Virus record (IMG/VR): IMGVR_UViG_3300033416_000025
Span: 1 to 28,644 of that record
Source: a virus
Lineage: Duplodnaviria; Caudoviricetes
Direction: 5' to 3' (one strand)
Length of the DNA stretch: 28,644 nucleotides
Both the position numbers and the translations under genes were made by a program. The notes below the pieces were generated by a model. The model saw only the letters and a program-made list of their open reading frames with translations. It did no database searches and was not told where the DNA came from. Shown here one piece after another: positions 7,204 through 14,839 of the stretch (the first letter of the stretch is position 1; every line of letters starts with the position of its first letter).

Positions 7204-9690
7204 GTGGCGATCACGCACATCTCTAACTCCGCTAGCTGGGTAGCAGAGAACAACCCGATCAGCGGCAACTTCACCTTGCCTACGTCGGGTCACGCGGTCG
7301 GTGACCTTGCGCTATGTATGTGGTACAGCAGGGCGAGCACCAAGTCGTTCAACGCGCCGGACTACTTCGTGAGCGACGGCGGCGTCGCCTTGTACGATGT
7401 CTCTGACGCTAGCTACGGTCACTTGTGGATCGGCGCAAAGCCGCTCACTCAGAACGACATTGACTGGGGCCTCGTCGGTGAAACCGCGTGGAGTTCAACC
7501 TACGTCAATAACGCAACCACGATGTATGGCGTTGCTCTCTTTCGCGGCGTCAATACCACCACGAACTGTGGCGTCGAGGCCAACAGCGGCTCGCCCACTA
7601 CCGGCACCAACGCGGTCAACGCTCCCGCTGTCACGCCTCTCACGCTCGGGGCGTGCGTCGTCGCCATCGGCGGCCAGATGGACGAGAACGACAGTTTCAC
7701 GGTGCCGACCAACTACACGGACTCCGGGCACGCCAGTTCGACCAGCGGCACCGACGCCTGGGGCGGCCTAGCCTACATACTGAACCGTGGCACCTCTAGT
7801 CAGGATCCGGCCGCGTGGGGTTGTGAGAACACGGCGGGCTGGTATGCGTGGACGTGTGCGCTCAAGCCTGCCGACGAAACCTCGCCGGTCACCTTCTACA
7901 GCAACTCCTACGGCATTGGGGATACCTCCGAGGAGGGTCTGACCAACCAGACCAACGCCACCTACGCGACCGCTCGGGAACTGGATCCGGCCACGAGTGC
8001 GAGCACGACGATCTATGCCACCGTCGGTCAGACGACCGGGTACACCTGCTATCAGAGCGTCCTCTCCTTCCCGACCTACACCCTGCCCGACAACGCCTCC
8101 ATCACCACGGGCACGTTCTCGGTCTACGGTTACGCCGACGTATCCACCACCGACTTTGACGTTGAGTGCCGCCAACACGCTTGGGGGTCAACCCTCGACA
8201 CCAGCGACGTGCTCAAGGGCAGCGAGATCTCCGGCGCCACGTTGTTCGCGCACTTCCACACCTCGGCTACCTGGAGCACGACCGGGTACAACGCCTTCAC
8301 CACCGATTCGCTCAGCGTCATCAGCAAGACCGGCCACACCGATCTGCAACTCTGTTCCTCGCGGCAGAAGGACGGCAACACGCCGACTGACAACGAGTTC
8401 GTGCAGGGTTATCTCGCCGCGCAGGCCGGCACGACGTACGACCCCAAACTGTACATCGAGTTCACGAGTGGCGGCGCCAACGAGCAGGGCGCCATCGCGG
8501 TCGCCGCGACCACGTCGGTCGCCGCGGTCGGATCCGTCTCGCACGCCGCTTGGACCGGCGCGCTCGCCTGCGCGGGCGTGACCACGGTCACCGTCGCCGG
8601 CGGCCGGCAGATCAAGGGCGCCGTCGCGATCGACGCCGTGACCACGGTCGCGGTCGCCGGCATCCTCGTCAAGCAAGGCGCGCTCGCCGCCGCGGCCACG
8701 AGCGCCGTCGCCACGGCGGCCACGGTCGCGCACGCTACCTGGCAGGGCGCGACGCTGGTCGTCGCGACCACGAGCACGGCGGTCGCCGGATCTGTCTCCC
8801 ATGCCAACTGGCAGGGCGCGCTCGCGGTCGCCGGATCCACCACCGTCACCGCCGCGGGCGCCGTCGCGCACGCCGCATGGCAAGGCGCGATCGCACCCGC
8901 CGCCGTTACGACCACCGCGGTCGCCGGCAGCGTCGCGCACGTCGGTTGGCAGGGCGCCATCGCCGTCGCCGGATCCTCGACCGTCGAGATCGCCGGCGCC
9001 GTCGCGCACCGCAACCAACAGGGCGAGCTCCTCGCCGCCGGCGCGAGCACGGTCGCGATCGCCGGCACCGTCCAGCAGGGCGGCCAACTTGAGCAAGGCG
9101 CGTTCGCAGCGGACGCCACGTCGACCGTGGCGTGCGCTGGGTCCGTCGTTCATGCCAACTGGCAGGGCGCCATGGCGCCGGCTAGCGCGACCACCGTCGC
9201 GATCGCCGGCACGGTCTCTCACCAAGTACTGCAGGGCGCACTCGCGGTCGCCGGATCCTCGACCGTCGCGATCGCCGGCACCCGCGGACGCTTGGGCGAG
9301 CTCGCGGCCGCCGGCGCGACCACCGTCGCGACTGCCGGCACGGTCTCTCACGCCGCTTGGACTGGCGAGCTCCTCGCCGCCGGCGCGACCACCGCGGCGG
9401 TCGCCGGCACGGTGGCGCACCGCAACCAACAGGGCGCGCTCGCCGTCGAGGCGACGACGGCGCTCCAGGTGTCCGGCTCCTTGGCTCACGCCGCGTGGGC
9501 CGGCGAGCTCGTGGCCGCCGGCAGCTCCGCCGTCGCGATCGCCGGATCCGTGGGCCACGCTGCGTGGCAGGGCGCCTTCGCGCCGGCTGCGGCGACCACG
9601 GTCGCGATCGCCGGCACCGTGGCCGGCGCGGGACCGACGATCGACGCCTACCGCGTCGGCGACGCCGTCCGGATCGAGTGGGTGATCTGA
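7204..9690 (+). CDS. Repeat fibre protein A: N-terminal beta domain, DNRLRE/CBM96-like domain, 17 beta-strand repeats, C-terminal FN3 A-B-like peptide
   Basis: 828-aa ORF. The second domain has YQSVLSF.TYTLPDNASITTGTFSVYG...PKLYIEF. Repeats of consensus xWQGA(L/F/I)AxAGxTTVAIAGTVxHA follow. Confidence 0.8.
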   Translation: MAITHISNSASWVAENNPISGNFTLPTSGHAVGDLALCMWYSRASTKSFNAPDYFVSDGGVALYDVSDASYGHLWIGAKPLTQNDIDWGLVGETAWSSTYVNNATTMYGVALFRGVNTTTNCGVEANSGSPTTGTNAVNAPAVTPLTLGACVVAIGGQMDENDSFTVPTNYTDSGHASSTSGTDAWGGLAYILNRGTSSQDPAAWGCENTAGWYAWTCALKPADETSPVTFYSNSYGIGDTSEEGLTNQTNATYATARELDPATSASTTIYATVGQTTGYTCYQSVLSFPTYTLPDNASITTGTFSVYGYADVSTTDFDVECRQHAWGSTLDTSDVLKGSEISGATLFAHFHTSATWSTTGYNAFTTDSLSVISKTGHTDLQLCSSRQKDGNTPTDNEFVQGYLAAQAGTTYDPKLYIEFTSGGANEQGAIAVAATTSVAAVGSVSHAAWTGALACAGVTTVTVAGGRQIKGAVAIDAVTTVAVAGILVKQGALAAAATSAVATAATVAHATWQGATLVVATTSTAVAGSVSHANWQGALAVAGSTTVTAAGAVAHAAWQGAIAPAAVTTTAVAGSVAHVGWQGAIAVAGSSTVEIAGAVAHRNQQGELLAAGASTVAIAGTVQQGGQLEQGAFAADATSTVACAGSVVHANWQGAMAPASATTVAIAGTVSHQVLQGALAVAGSSTVAIAGTRGRLGELAAAGATTVATAGTVSHAAWTGELLAAGATTAAVAGTVAHRNQQGALAVEATTALQVSGSLAHAAWAGELVAAGSSAVAIAGSVGHAAWQGAFAPAAATTVAIAGTVAGAGPTIDAYRVGDAVRIEWVI
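8476..9630 (+). repeat. Coding tandem repeat, 17 units of ~23 aa (20-25)
   Basis: Hand-parsed from ANEQGAIAVAATTSVAAVGSVSHA to AWQGAFAPAAATTVAIAGTVAGA. Confidence 0.9.
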
Positions 9691-9691
9691 G

Positions 9692-12136
9692 ATGGCCGCC
9701 TCGATCCGTAACATCGGCACCGCCAAAGAGGCGAACGCCGCGAGCATCACGTACGCGACCACGGATCTGACGTGGGACGCGGCGGATCTCATCTTCATCG
9801 TCGCCGGCACCTACGCCACGGACGCGATCGCCTGCGACAACGGCTTCTCCGAGCTGTTCGACACCGGCAAGCTGCACGTCTACTACCGCGCCGCCTCGGG
9901 TTGGTCGGGCACCACCACCGTGAGCGGCGCCTCCGGCCCGATCGCCGCCGGGATCTTCTCGGTGCAGTCGCAAGCCGGCCTCGGCACCGAGACGCCGGCC
10001 AGTACCTCGGGCACCGATACCACCGCCGAGTTCCCGACCTTCTCGACCAACCTCGACGCCGAGCTGGTCCTCGTGCCAATCGGCGTGGCCGACAACAACG
10101 CGCCGTCGCTGACCAGCGGCGGCAACCTCACTGGCGCCACGCTCGTCGACCTCTCGCGTACCTCGCTCGGTAGCGACTGCGGTACGGCGCTGGTCTATGG
10201 CACCATGCCGACCGCCGGCTCGATCGGCTCGGGCTACGTCACCTACTCGCAGTCGGACGCGTGGAACAGCTACGCGATCGCGATCAAGCCTGCGGCGGTC
10301 AACGAGCAGGGCGCCATGGCGCCGGCCGGCGCGACCACTGTCGCGGCCGCCGGCACGGTCTCGCACGCTAACTGGCAGGGCGCCTTCGCGCCGGCGGCGA
10401 CCACGACGACGACGATCGCCGGCACCGTGAGCCATGCCGCGTGGCAGGGCGCCGCGGCGGTCGACGGATCCTCGACGGTCGCGATCAACGGCACGGTCGA
10501 GGAAGGCGGCGTCAACGAGCAAGGCGCGTTCGCCGTCGACGCCGCGACCACGGTCGCGATCGCCGCCGGCGTCTCGCACGCCGCTTGGACCGGCGCGTTC
10601 GCGGTCGACGGATCCTCGACGGTCGCCGCGGCCGGCACCGTCGCGCACGCTACTTGGCAGGGGGAGCTCGGCGCCGCCGGCAGCTCGACGGTCTCGATCG
10701 CCGGCACCGTCACGCTCGGATCGTACATCTCGATCGAGCGCAAGGACGGCGCCGAGGGGACGTACGCCGAAATCACCCAACAGGCGGTCGACTCGTCGCC
10801 GTGGGACGACGACGGACCGTTCACCGCTGGGCACACTTACTACTACCGCGCCCGCGTGTGGGACGGCGACTCGTGGGGCGAGTACGGCAACGAGGATTCC
10901 GTCGCGTGGGGCGCCAACGAACAGGGCGCGTTCGCGGTCGACGGATCCTCGACGGTCGCCGCGGCCGGCACGGTGGCGCACGCCGCTTGGACCGGCTCGA
11001 TCGCGCCGGCCGGCGCGACCACCGTAGAGATCGCCGCCGGCGTGTCGCACGCCGCTTGGAGTGGTGAGCTCCTCGTCGCCGGTGCGACCGCTGTCGCGAT
11101 CGCCGGTACGGTCGCGCACGTCAACCACCAGGGCGCGGCCGCGGTCGAGGCGACCACCGCTGTCGCGATCGCCGGCACGGTGAGCGGCCAGCAGCAAGGC
11201 GCCTTCGCCGTCGCGGCCGTCACGAGCTCCGCGATCGCCGGCCGGGTCGACTACCGCGCCGCGGCCGCGATCGCCGCGACCACGACGACGACGATCGCCG
11301 GCACCGTGGCGCACGTCAACCACCAAGGCGAGCTCGCGGCCGCCGGCAGCTCGTCGACGAGCGTCGCCGGCACCGTCTCTCATGCCGCATGGCAGGGCGC
11401 GCTGGGCGCCGCCGGCGCGACCACCGTGGCGGTCGCCGGATCCGTGGCGCACGCCGCGTGGACCGGCGCGCTGGGCGTCGAGGCGACCACCACGGTCGCG
11501 ATCGCTGGCACGATCGCCGGCGCAGTGGAGGGCGAGTTCGCTGTCGCCGGCGCGACCACGATCGCTGTCGCCGGCTCCGTGAGCCACGTCGCGCTCCAGG
11601 GCGCGTTCGCTGCCGCGGCCGGCACAACCGTTACCGTGGGTGGCGCCGTCGCGCACCGCAACCAACAGGGCGAGCTTCTCGCCGCCGGCACCACGAGCGT
11701 CGCGATCGCCGGCACGCGCGTACACCGCGCCGCCTTTGCGTCCGGCGGATCCTCGTCCGCGGCGATCGCCGGCTCCGTGGCGCACGCTGCGTGGACCGGG
11801 GAGCTCTCCGCCGCCGGCGCGACCACAATCGAGGTCGCCGGCGCCGTCGACCACGCCGCGTGGCAGGGCGCCATGGCGATCGCGGGGACCACCGCGGTCG
11901 CGATCGCCGCCGGCGTCGAGGGGCAGGACCAAGGATCCTTCGCGGTAGCTGCCGTCTCGCGTGTGACGATCAAGGGATACCGCCCGCGCGGCGGCCACTG
12001 GCACTACGAGCGCAACGATCGGCCGCAACGCGGCGGCGATCGCGACACTCCGCCGCGGCGCCCGGATCGCGGCGGCGGCAAGAACGACGGAAGACACGAC
12101 CACGGCCGGCGTCAACGCGGCGGCGGCGAAAGATAG
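9692..12136 (+). CDS. Repeat fibre protein B: N-terminal beta domain, 6 repeats, partial FN3 (strands C-G), 16 repeats, Arg/Gly/Asp tail
   Basis: 814-aa ORF starting 1 nt after the stop of protein A. N-domain is homologous to that of A (ADLIFIV/GDLALCM; WNSYAIAIKPA/WYAWTCALKPA). Same repeat consensus. Confidence 0.8.
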   Translation: MAASIRNIGTAKEANAASITYATTDLTWDAADLIFIVAGTYATDAIACDNGFSELFDTGKLHVYYRAASGWSGTTTVSGASGPIAAGIFSVQSQAGLGTETPASTSGTDTTAEFPTFSTNLDAELVLVPIGVADNNAPSLTSGGNLTGATLVDLSRTSLGSDCGTALVYGTMPTAGSIGSGYVTYSQSDAWNSYAIAIKPAAVNEQGAMAPAGATTVAAAGTVSHANWQGAFAPAATTTTTIAGTVSHAAWQGAAAVDGSSTVAINGTVEEGGVNEQGAFAVDAATTVAIAAGVSHAAWTGAFAVDGSSTVAAAGTVAHATWQGELGAAGSSTVSIAGTVTLGSYISIERKDGAEGTYAEITQQAVDSSPWDDDGPFTAGHTYYYRARVWDGDSWGEYGNEDSVAWGANEQGAFAVDGSSTVAAAGTVAHAAWTGSIAPAGATTVEIAAGVSHAAWSGELLVAGATAVAIAGTVAHVNHQGAAAVEATTAVAIAGTVSGQQQGAFAVAAVTSSAIAGRVDYRAAAAIAATTTTTIAGTVAHVNHQGELAAAGSSSTSVAGTVSHAAWQGALGAAGATTVAVAGSVAHAAWTGALGVEATTTVAIAGTIAGAVEGEFAVAGATTIAVAGSVSHVALQGAFAAAAGTTVTVGGAVAHRNQQGELLAAGTTSVAIAGTRVHRAAFASGGSSSAAIAGSVAHAAWTGELSAAGATTIEVAGAVDHAAWQGAMAIAGTTAVAIAAGVEGQDQGSFAVAAVSRVTIKGYRPRGGHWHYERNDRPQRGGDRDTPPRRPDRGGGKNDGRHDHGRRQRGGGER
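10298..11986 (+). repeat. Coding tandem repeat, 22 units of ~23 aa, interrupted at 10721-10912
   Basis: Hand-parsed: 6 units at 10298-10720 and 16 units at 10913-11986. Confidence 0.9.
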
Positions 12137-12146
12137 CGAGGACGGT

Positions 12147-12749
12147 ATGGCACTTTTCACCGTGGCGGAACTGCGCGCCTTCGACCAGGGGCAGTGTAGC
12201 TCGGTCACCGACTACCCGGACGCCACGATCCAGCAAGCGGCGGCCGACGCGAAGCAGTTCCTCGAAGAGATCTGTCGCGTGAACTTCGAGCCGACGGAGC
12301 ACACCGAGACACTGAGCGGCGACGGCACCGATTGGCTGTTCCTCTCGTGGCCGAAGGTGACCGCGGTCGCCTCGATCACCGCCGACGGCGTCGCCTTCAC
12401 CGCCGAGGAGCTCGACACCGACGACTACGACCTCGGCCTCGCGATCGACGCCGATCTCGGGATCCTGACGCGGCGCTGCGGCTACTTCGCGAAGGGCTGG
12501 TCGAACCTGATCATCAGTTATACCGCCGGTCATACCAGCGTGCCGGCGCTGATCAAGCGCGCCGCGCTGTGGATCGCGCTCGACCAGCTCGTCGTGACGG
12601 CGACGCCGTACGAGGCAACCGACTTCAACGCCGGCGACGTGAGCTACGGTTTCGCGCGCGCCGACGGCTACCGCGACAACTGGCACAAGAACCCGGAGGT
12701 CGTGAAGGCAATCCGGATGTACTCGATGGGCACTCCGTGGCTGGCCTGA
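12147..12749 (+). CDS. Head-tail adaptor/connector (HK97 gp6/SPP1 gp15-like, long form)
   Basis: LFTVAELR, IQQAAADAKQFLEEICRVNF, ETLSGDG..L.L..PKVTAVASI, NLIISYTAGHTSVPALIKRAALWIA. GAGGA RBS. Confidence 0.85.
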   Translation: MALFTVAELRAFDQGQCSSVTDYPDATIQQAAADAKQFLEEICRVNFEPTEHTETLSGDGTDWLFLSWPKVTAVASITADGVAFTAEELDTDDYDLGLAIDADLGILTRRCGYFAKGWSNLIISYTAGHTSVPALIKRAALWIALDQLVVTATPYEATDFNAGDVSYGFARADGYRDNWHKNPEVVKAIRMYSMGTPWLA

Positions 12750-12750
12750 G

Positions 12751-13218
12751 ATGAACACCACGCTACCGACTTTCCTCGACGCGCTGCGCTCCGCGCTGGT
12801 CCTGCGCGCCGGCTTGGACCATGTGAACGTCTTCACGTGCCCGGTGGATCCGCACGATCTCGGCGAACAGGCGATCGAGCTCGCGAACGAGGTCATGGTC
12901 GAGCAGAAACGCGAGTCGATGGACTCCGACGACCTCGACGAGGAGTACGTGGTCACCGGCGCGATCATCGTCTACCGTACCGCGGCACCGGGCGCGCAGG
13001 CGATCAACCTCGCGGCCAAGGCGGCGCGCGATCGCGCCGACGCGATCCTAGAGGAGATCGTCGACGAGGTCTCGACGAACGACACGATGACCGGCACGGT
13101 GCGCGACGTGACCATCACGCAACAGATCTGGGCGCAGGGCATGGCGCCGGAAAACCGCCTCGGCCGGTTCTGCCGGGTGAACTTCTCACTGACCGTCACG
13201 GCCAGCGTGACACCGTAA
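12751..13218 (+). CDS. Putative tail terminator / tail completion protein
   Basis: 155 aa, acidic, alternating beta and helix pattern (EEYVVTGAIIV, ARDRADAILEEIVDEV..NDTMTGTV, CRVNFSLTV). Lies directly before a tail tube gene. Confidence 0.6.
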   Translation: MNTTLPTFLDALRSALVLRAGLDHVNVFTCPVDPHDLGEQAIELANEVMVEQKRESMDSDDLDEEYVVTGAIIVYRTAAPGAQAINLAAKAARDRADAILEEIVDEVSTNDTMTGTVRDVTITQQIWAQGMAPENRLGRFCRVNFSLTVTASVTP

Positions 13219-13233
13219 GGAAAGGAGACTGCC

Positions 13234-13884
13234 GTGGCAGTCATCAAGGGTATCAATGCGCGGGTCTACGCGTGCGACGACACCGTCGCGTCGACCACGT
13301 TCACCGGCGAGGCGACGGCCGCCAACGGCGACCGTACCTGCTTCACCATCACCAATACCGCGAAGCGGTTCTGGGATCCGTCGGCGACCTACGTCGTCAA
13401 GCTCGCCGGCAACCCGATCACCTCGTACAGCTCGCTGCAGATGCCGGGTGGCCGGGTGCACTTCGCGAGCGATCCGGGCGCCGGCGCGATCACCGTCGAC
13501 GGCAAGTACTTCGCCGTCGCCGTGTTCGGGCAGTGCAAGAGCTTCGAGCTGGCGGCCGAGTTCGACTACTACGACGCGACGACCTTCGGCGACACGATGC
13601 GGGTCCAGGTGCCGGCCATGCGCTCGGCGACCGTGAGCATCCAAGCGCTCGCGCTCGACGACCTCTCCGGCGGCGACGATCGCTTCAACCTGCTGAAGAA
13701 CGCCAACCTCGTCGGCCTCGACCTGTTCCTCGACGCGACCGGCTCCGCGGAGAAGCGCTACGCGGTCTACGCGCGCCCGTCCAACGTGACGAGCTCGGCA
13801 GCCGTCGACGCTCTCATCGAGCAGCCGCTCAACTTCGCGGTCGTCGACGGTCCGTACTACATCGCCGGCCTCGGCGTCGGCTGA
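13234..13884 (+). CDS. Putative tail tube protein with ~80-aa inserted domain (paralogue 2)
   Basis: MAVIKG start, then KSFELAAEFDYYDATTFGDTMRVQVP and SNVTSSAAVDALIEQPLNF, matching 4601-4981. Strong RBS AAGGAAAGGAG and canonical tube position. Confidence 0.72.
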   Translation: MAVIKGINARVYACDDTVASTTFTGEATAANGDRTCFTITNTAKRFWDPSATYVVKLAGNPITSYSSLQMPGGRVHFASDPGAGAITVDGKYFAVAVFGQCKSFELAAEFDYYDATTFGDTMRVQVPAMRSATVSIQALALDDLSGGDDRFNLLKNANLVGLDLFLDATGSAEKRYAVYARPSNVTSSAAVDALIEQPLNFAVVDGPYYIAGLGVG

Positions 13885-13887
13885 TCG

Positions 13888-14403
13888 ATGCCGAAGATCT
13901 CCGCCAAGGGCGGCGATCTCGTCGACTTCCACGTCGACATGAAGCTGCTCGAAGCGCGGATGCGGAACATGGACGCGAATATGCGCGACCTCACGGATCT
14001 GTACCGCGAAGCGGTCAAGCCGATCTATGCCGCGTACCTCCGCGTGGTGCCGAAGAGCGGCAGCGAGGGTCCGCATATGGCGGCGGACGTGTACAAGACG
14101 GCGACCTACCGCTACGGCGCGGTCGGTCTCGACAACACCGGCCGCGCGCGCGATCCGAATACGCACTCCGGTGTTACCGAGTTCGGTGGGACGATTCCAG
14201 TACCACACTCGAAGACCAACCCGAAGCTCGCCGGCAAACGCCGGATGCTCTCGCGCGATAAGCCTTGGGTGGGCGGCCGGGATGGCACGAGCTACTACCT
14301 GTACCCGATGTGGGAGCGGGAGTGGCGCAAGGTGGTGCCGCCGTTCGTCGACAAGCTGCGCGAGATCTGCCGGCGCTATATGCCGGCCGGGACGATCCGG
14401 TAA
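13888..14403 (+). CDS. HK97 gp10-like / virion morphogenesis tail component
   Basis: Basic 171-aa protein with VPKSG, SGVTEFGG and YYLYPMW, resembling the P..TG / VEFGT / FL.PA pattern of gp10-like proteins. Confidence 0.62.
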   Translation: MPKISAKGGDLVDFHVDMKLLEARMRNMDANMRDLTDLYREAVKPIYAAYLRVVPKSGSEGPHMAADVYKTATYRYGAVGLDNTGRARDPNTHSGVTEFGGTIPVPHSKTNPKLAGKRRMLSRDKPWVGGRDGTSYYLYPMWEREWRKVVPPFVDKLREICRRYMPAGTIR

Positions 14404-14426
14404 CAGGAGACAAGGAGAGCTAGAAC

Positions 14427-14699
14427 ATGAAGATCGACGTGGACATGGACAAGATGGACCTCGGGGATCTCGATTTCATCGAGCAGGAGTCCGGCATCGG
14501 GGTGAACGATCTCGTCAAAGGCAAGATCACGACGCGTGCGCTGCTGGCGATCATCGTCGTGCAGGAGCGGCGCAAGAACCCGGCCTACACGATGGACGAC
14601 GCGCGCAAGCTCAAGGTGTCGGAGATCGAGGTCGTCGTCGAAAACCCTACAGAGCCCGAGACCGCGCCGCCAAAGAAGCGCCGGGTGGCCTCTTCCTAA
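14427..14699 (+). CDS. Tail assembly chaperone (gpG-like)
   Basis: 90 aa, RBS AAGGAG, upstream of the tape measure gene, contains an in-phase slippery heptamer. Confidence 0.8.
   Translation: MKIDVDMDKMDLGDLDFIEQESGIGVNDLVKGKITTRALLAIIVVQERRKNPAYTMDDARKLKVSEIEVVVENPTEPETAPPKKRRVASS
14642..14648 (+). promoter_or_regulatory. Programmed -1 frameshift site A AAC CCT
   Basis: X XXY YYZ heptamer in phase with the gpG-like frame (GAA AAC CCT = ENP). The -1 frame stays open to 14839. Confidence 0.7.
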
Positions 14700-14839
14700 A
14701 GGCGCTGCCCAAGTTCTGCAAGTTCTACCATATGCAACCCAGTGAGTACTGGGGCTTGACCGCGAGCCAGTTCGCCATCTTGGCGGACTGGATGCGCGAC
14801 TTCGAGCGCGAGCAAGAACGGAGAAACCGTGGCAGGTAA
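14642..14839 (+). CDS. gpT-like extension of the tail assembly chaperone (fusion 14427-14839)
   Basis: The -1 frame reads ...LPKFCKFYHMQPSEYWGLTASQFAILADWMRDFEREQER, a typical gpT-like P.E.W.LT..Q pattern. It fills the gap to the tape measure gene. Confidence 0.72.
   Translation, partial: KPYRARDRAAKEAPGGLFLKALPKFCKFYHMQPSEYWGLTASQFAILADWMRDFEREQERRNRGR

Noticed and set aside
14027-14641. 270-aa ORF 14027-14839 as a standalone gene
   Set aside because: Only its last ~65 codons look real (gpT-like). The rest is a shadow of two other genes.
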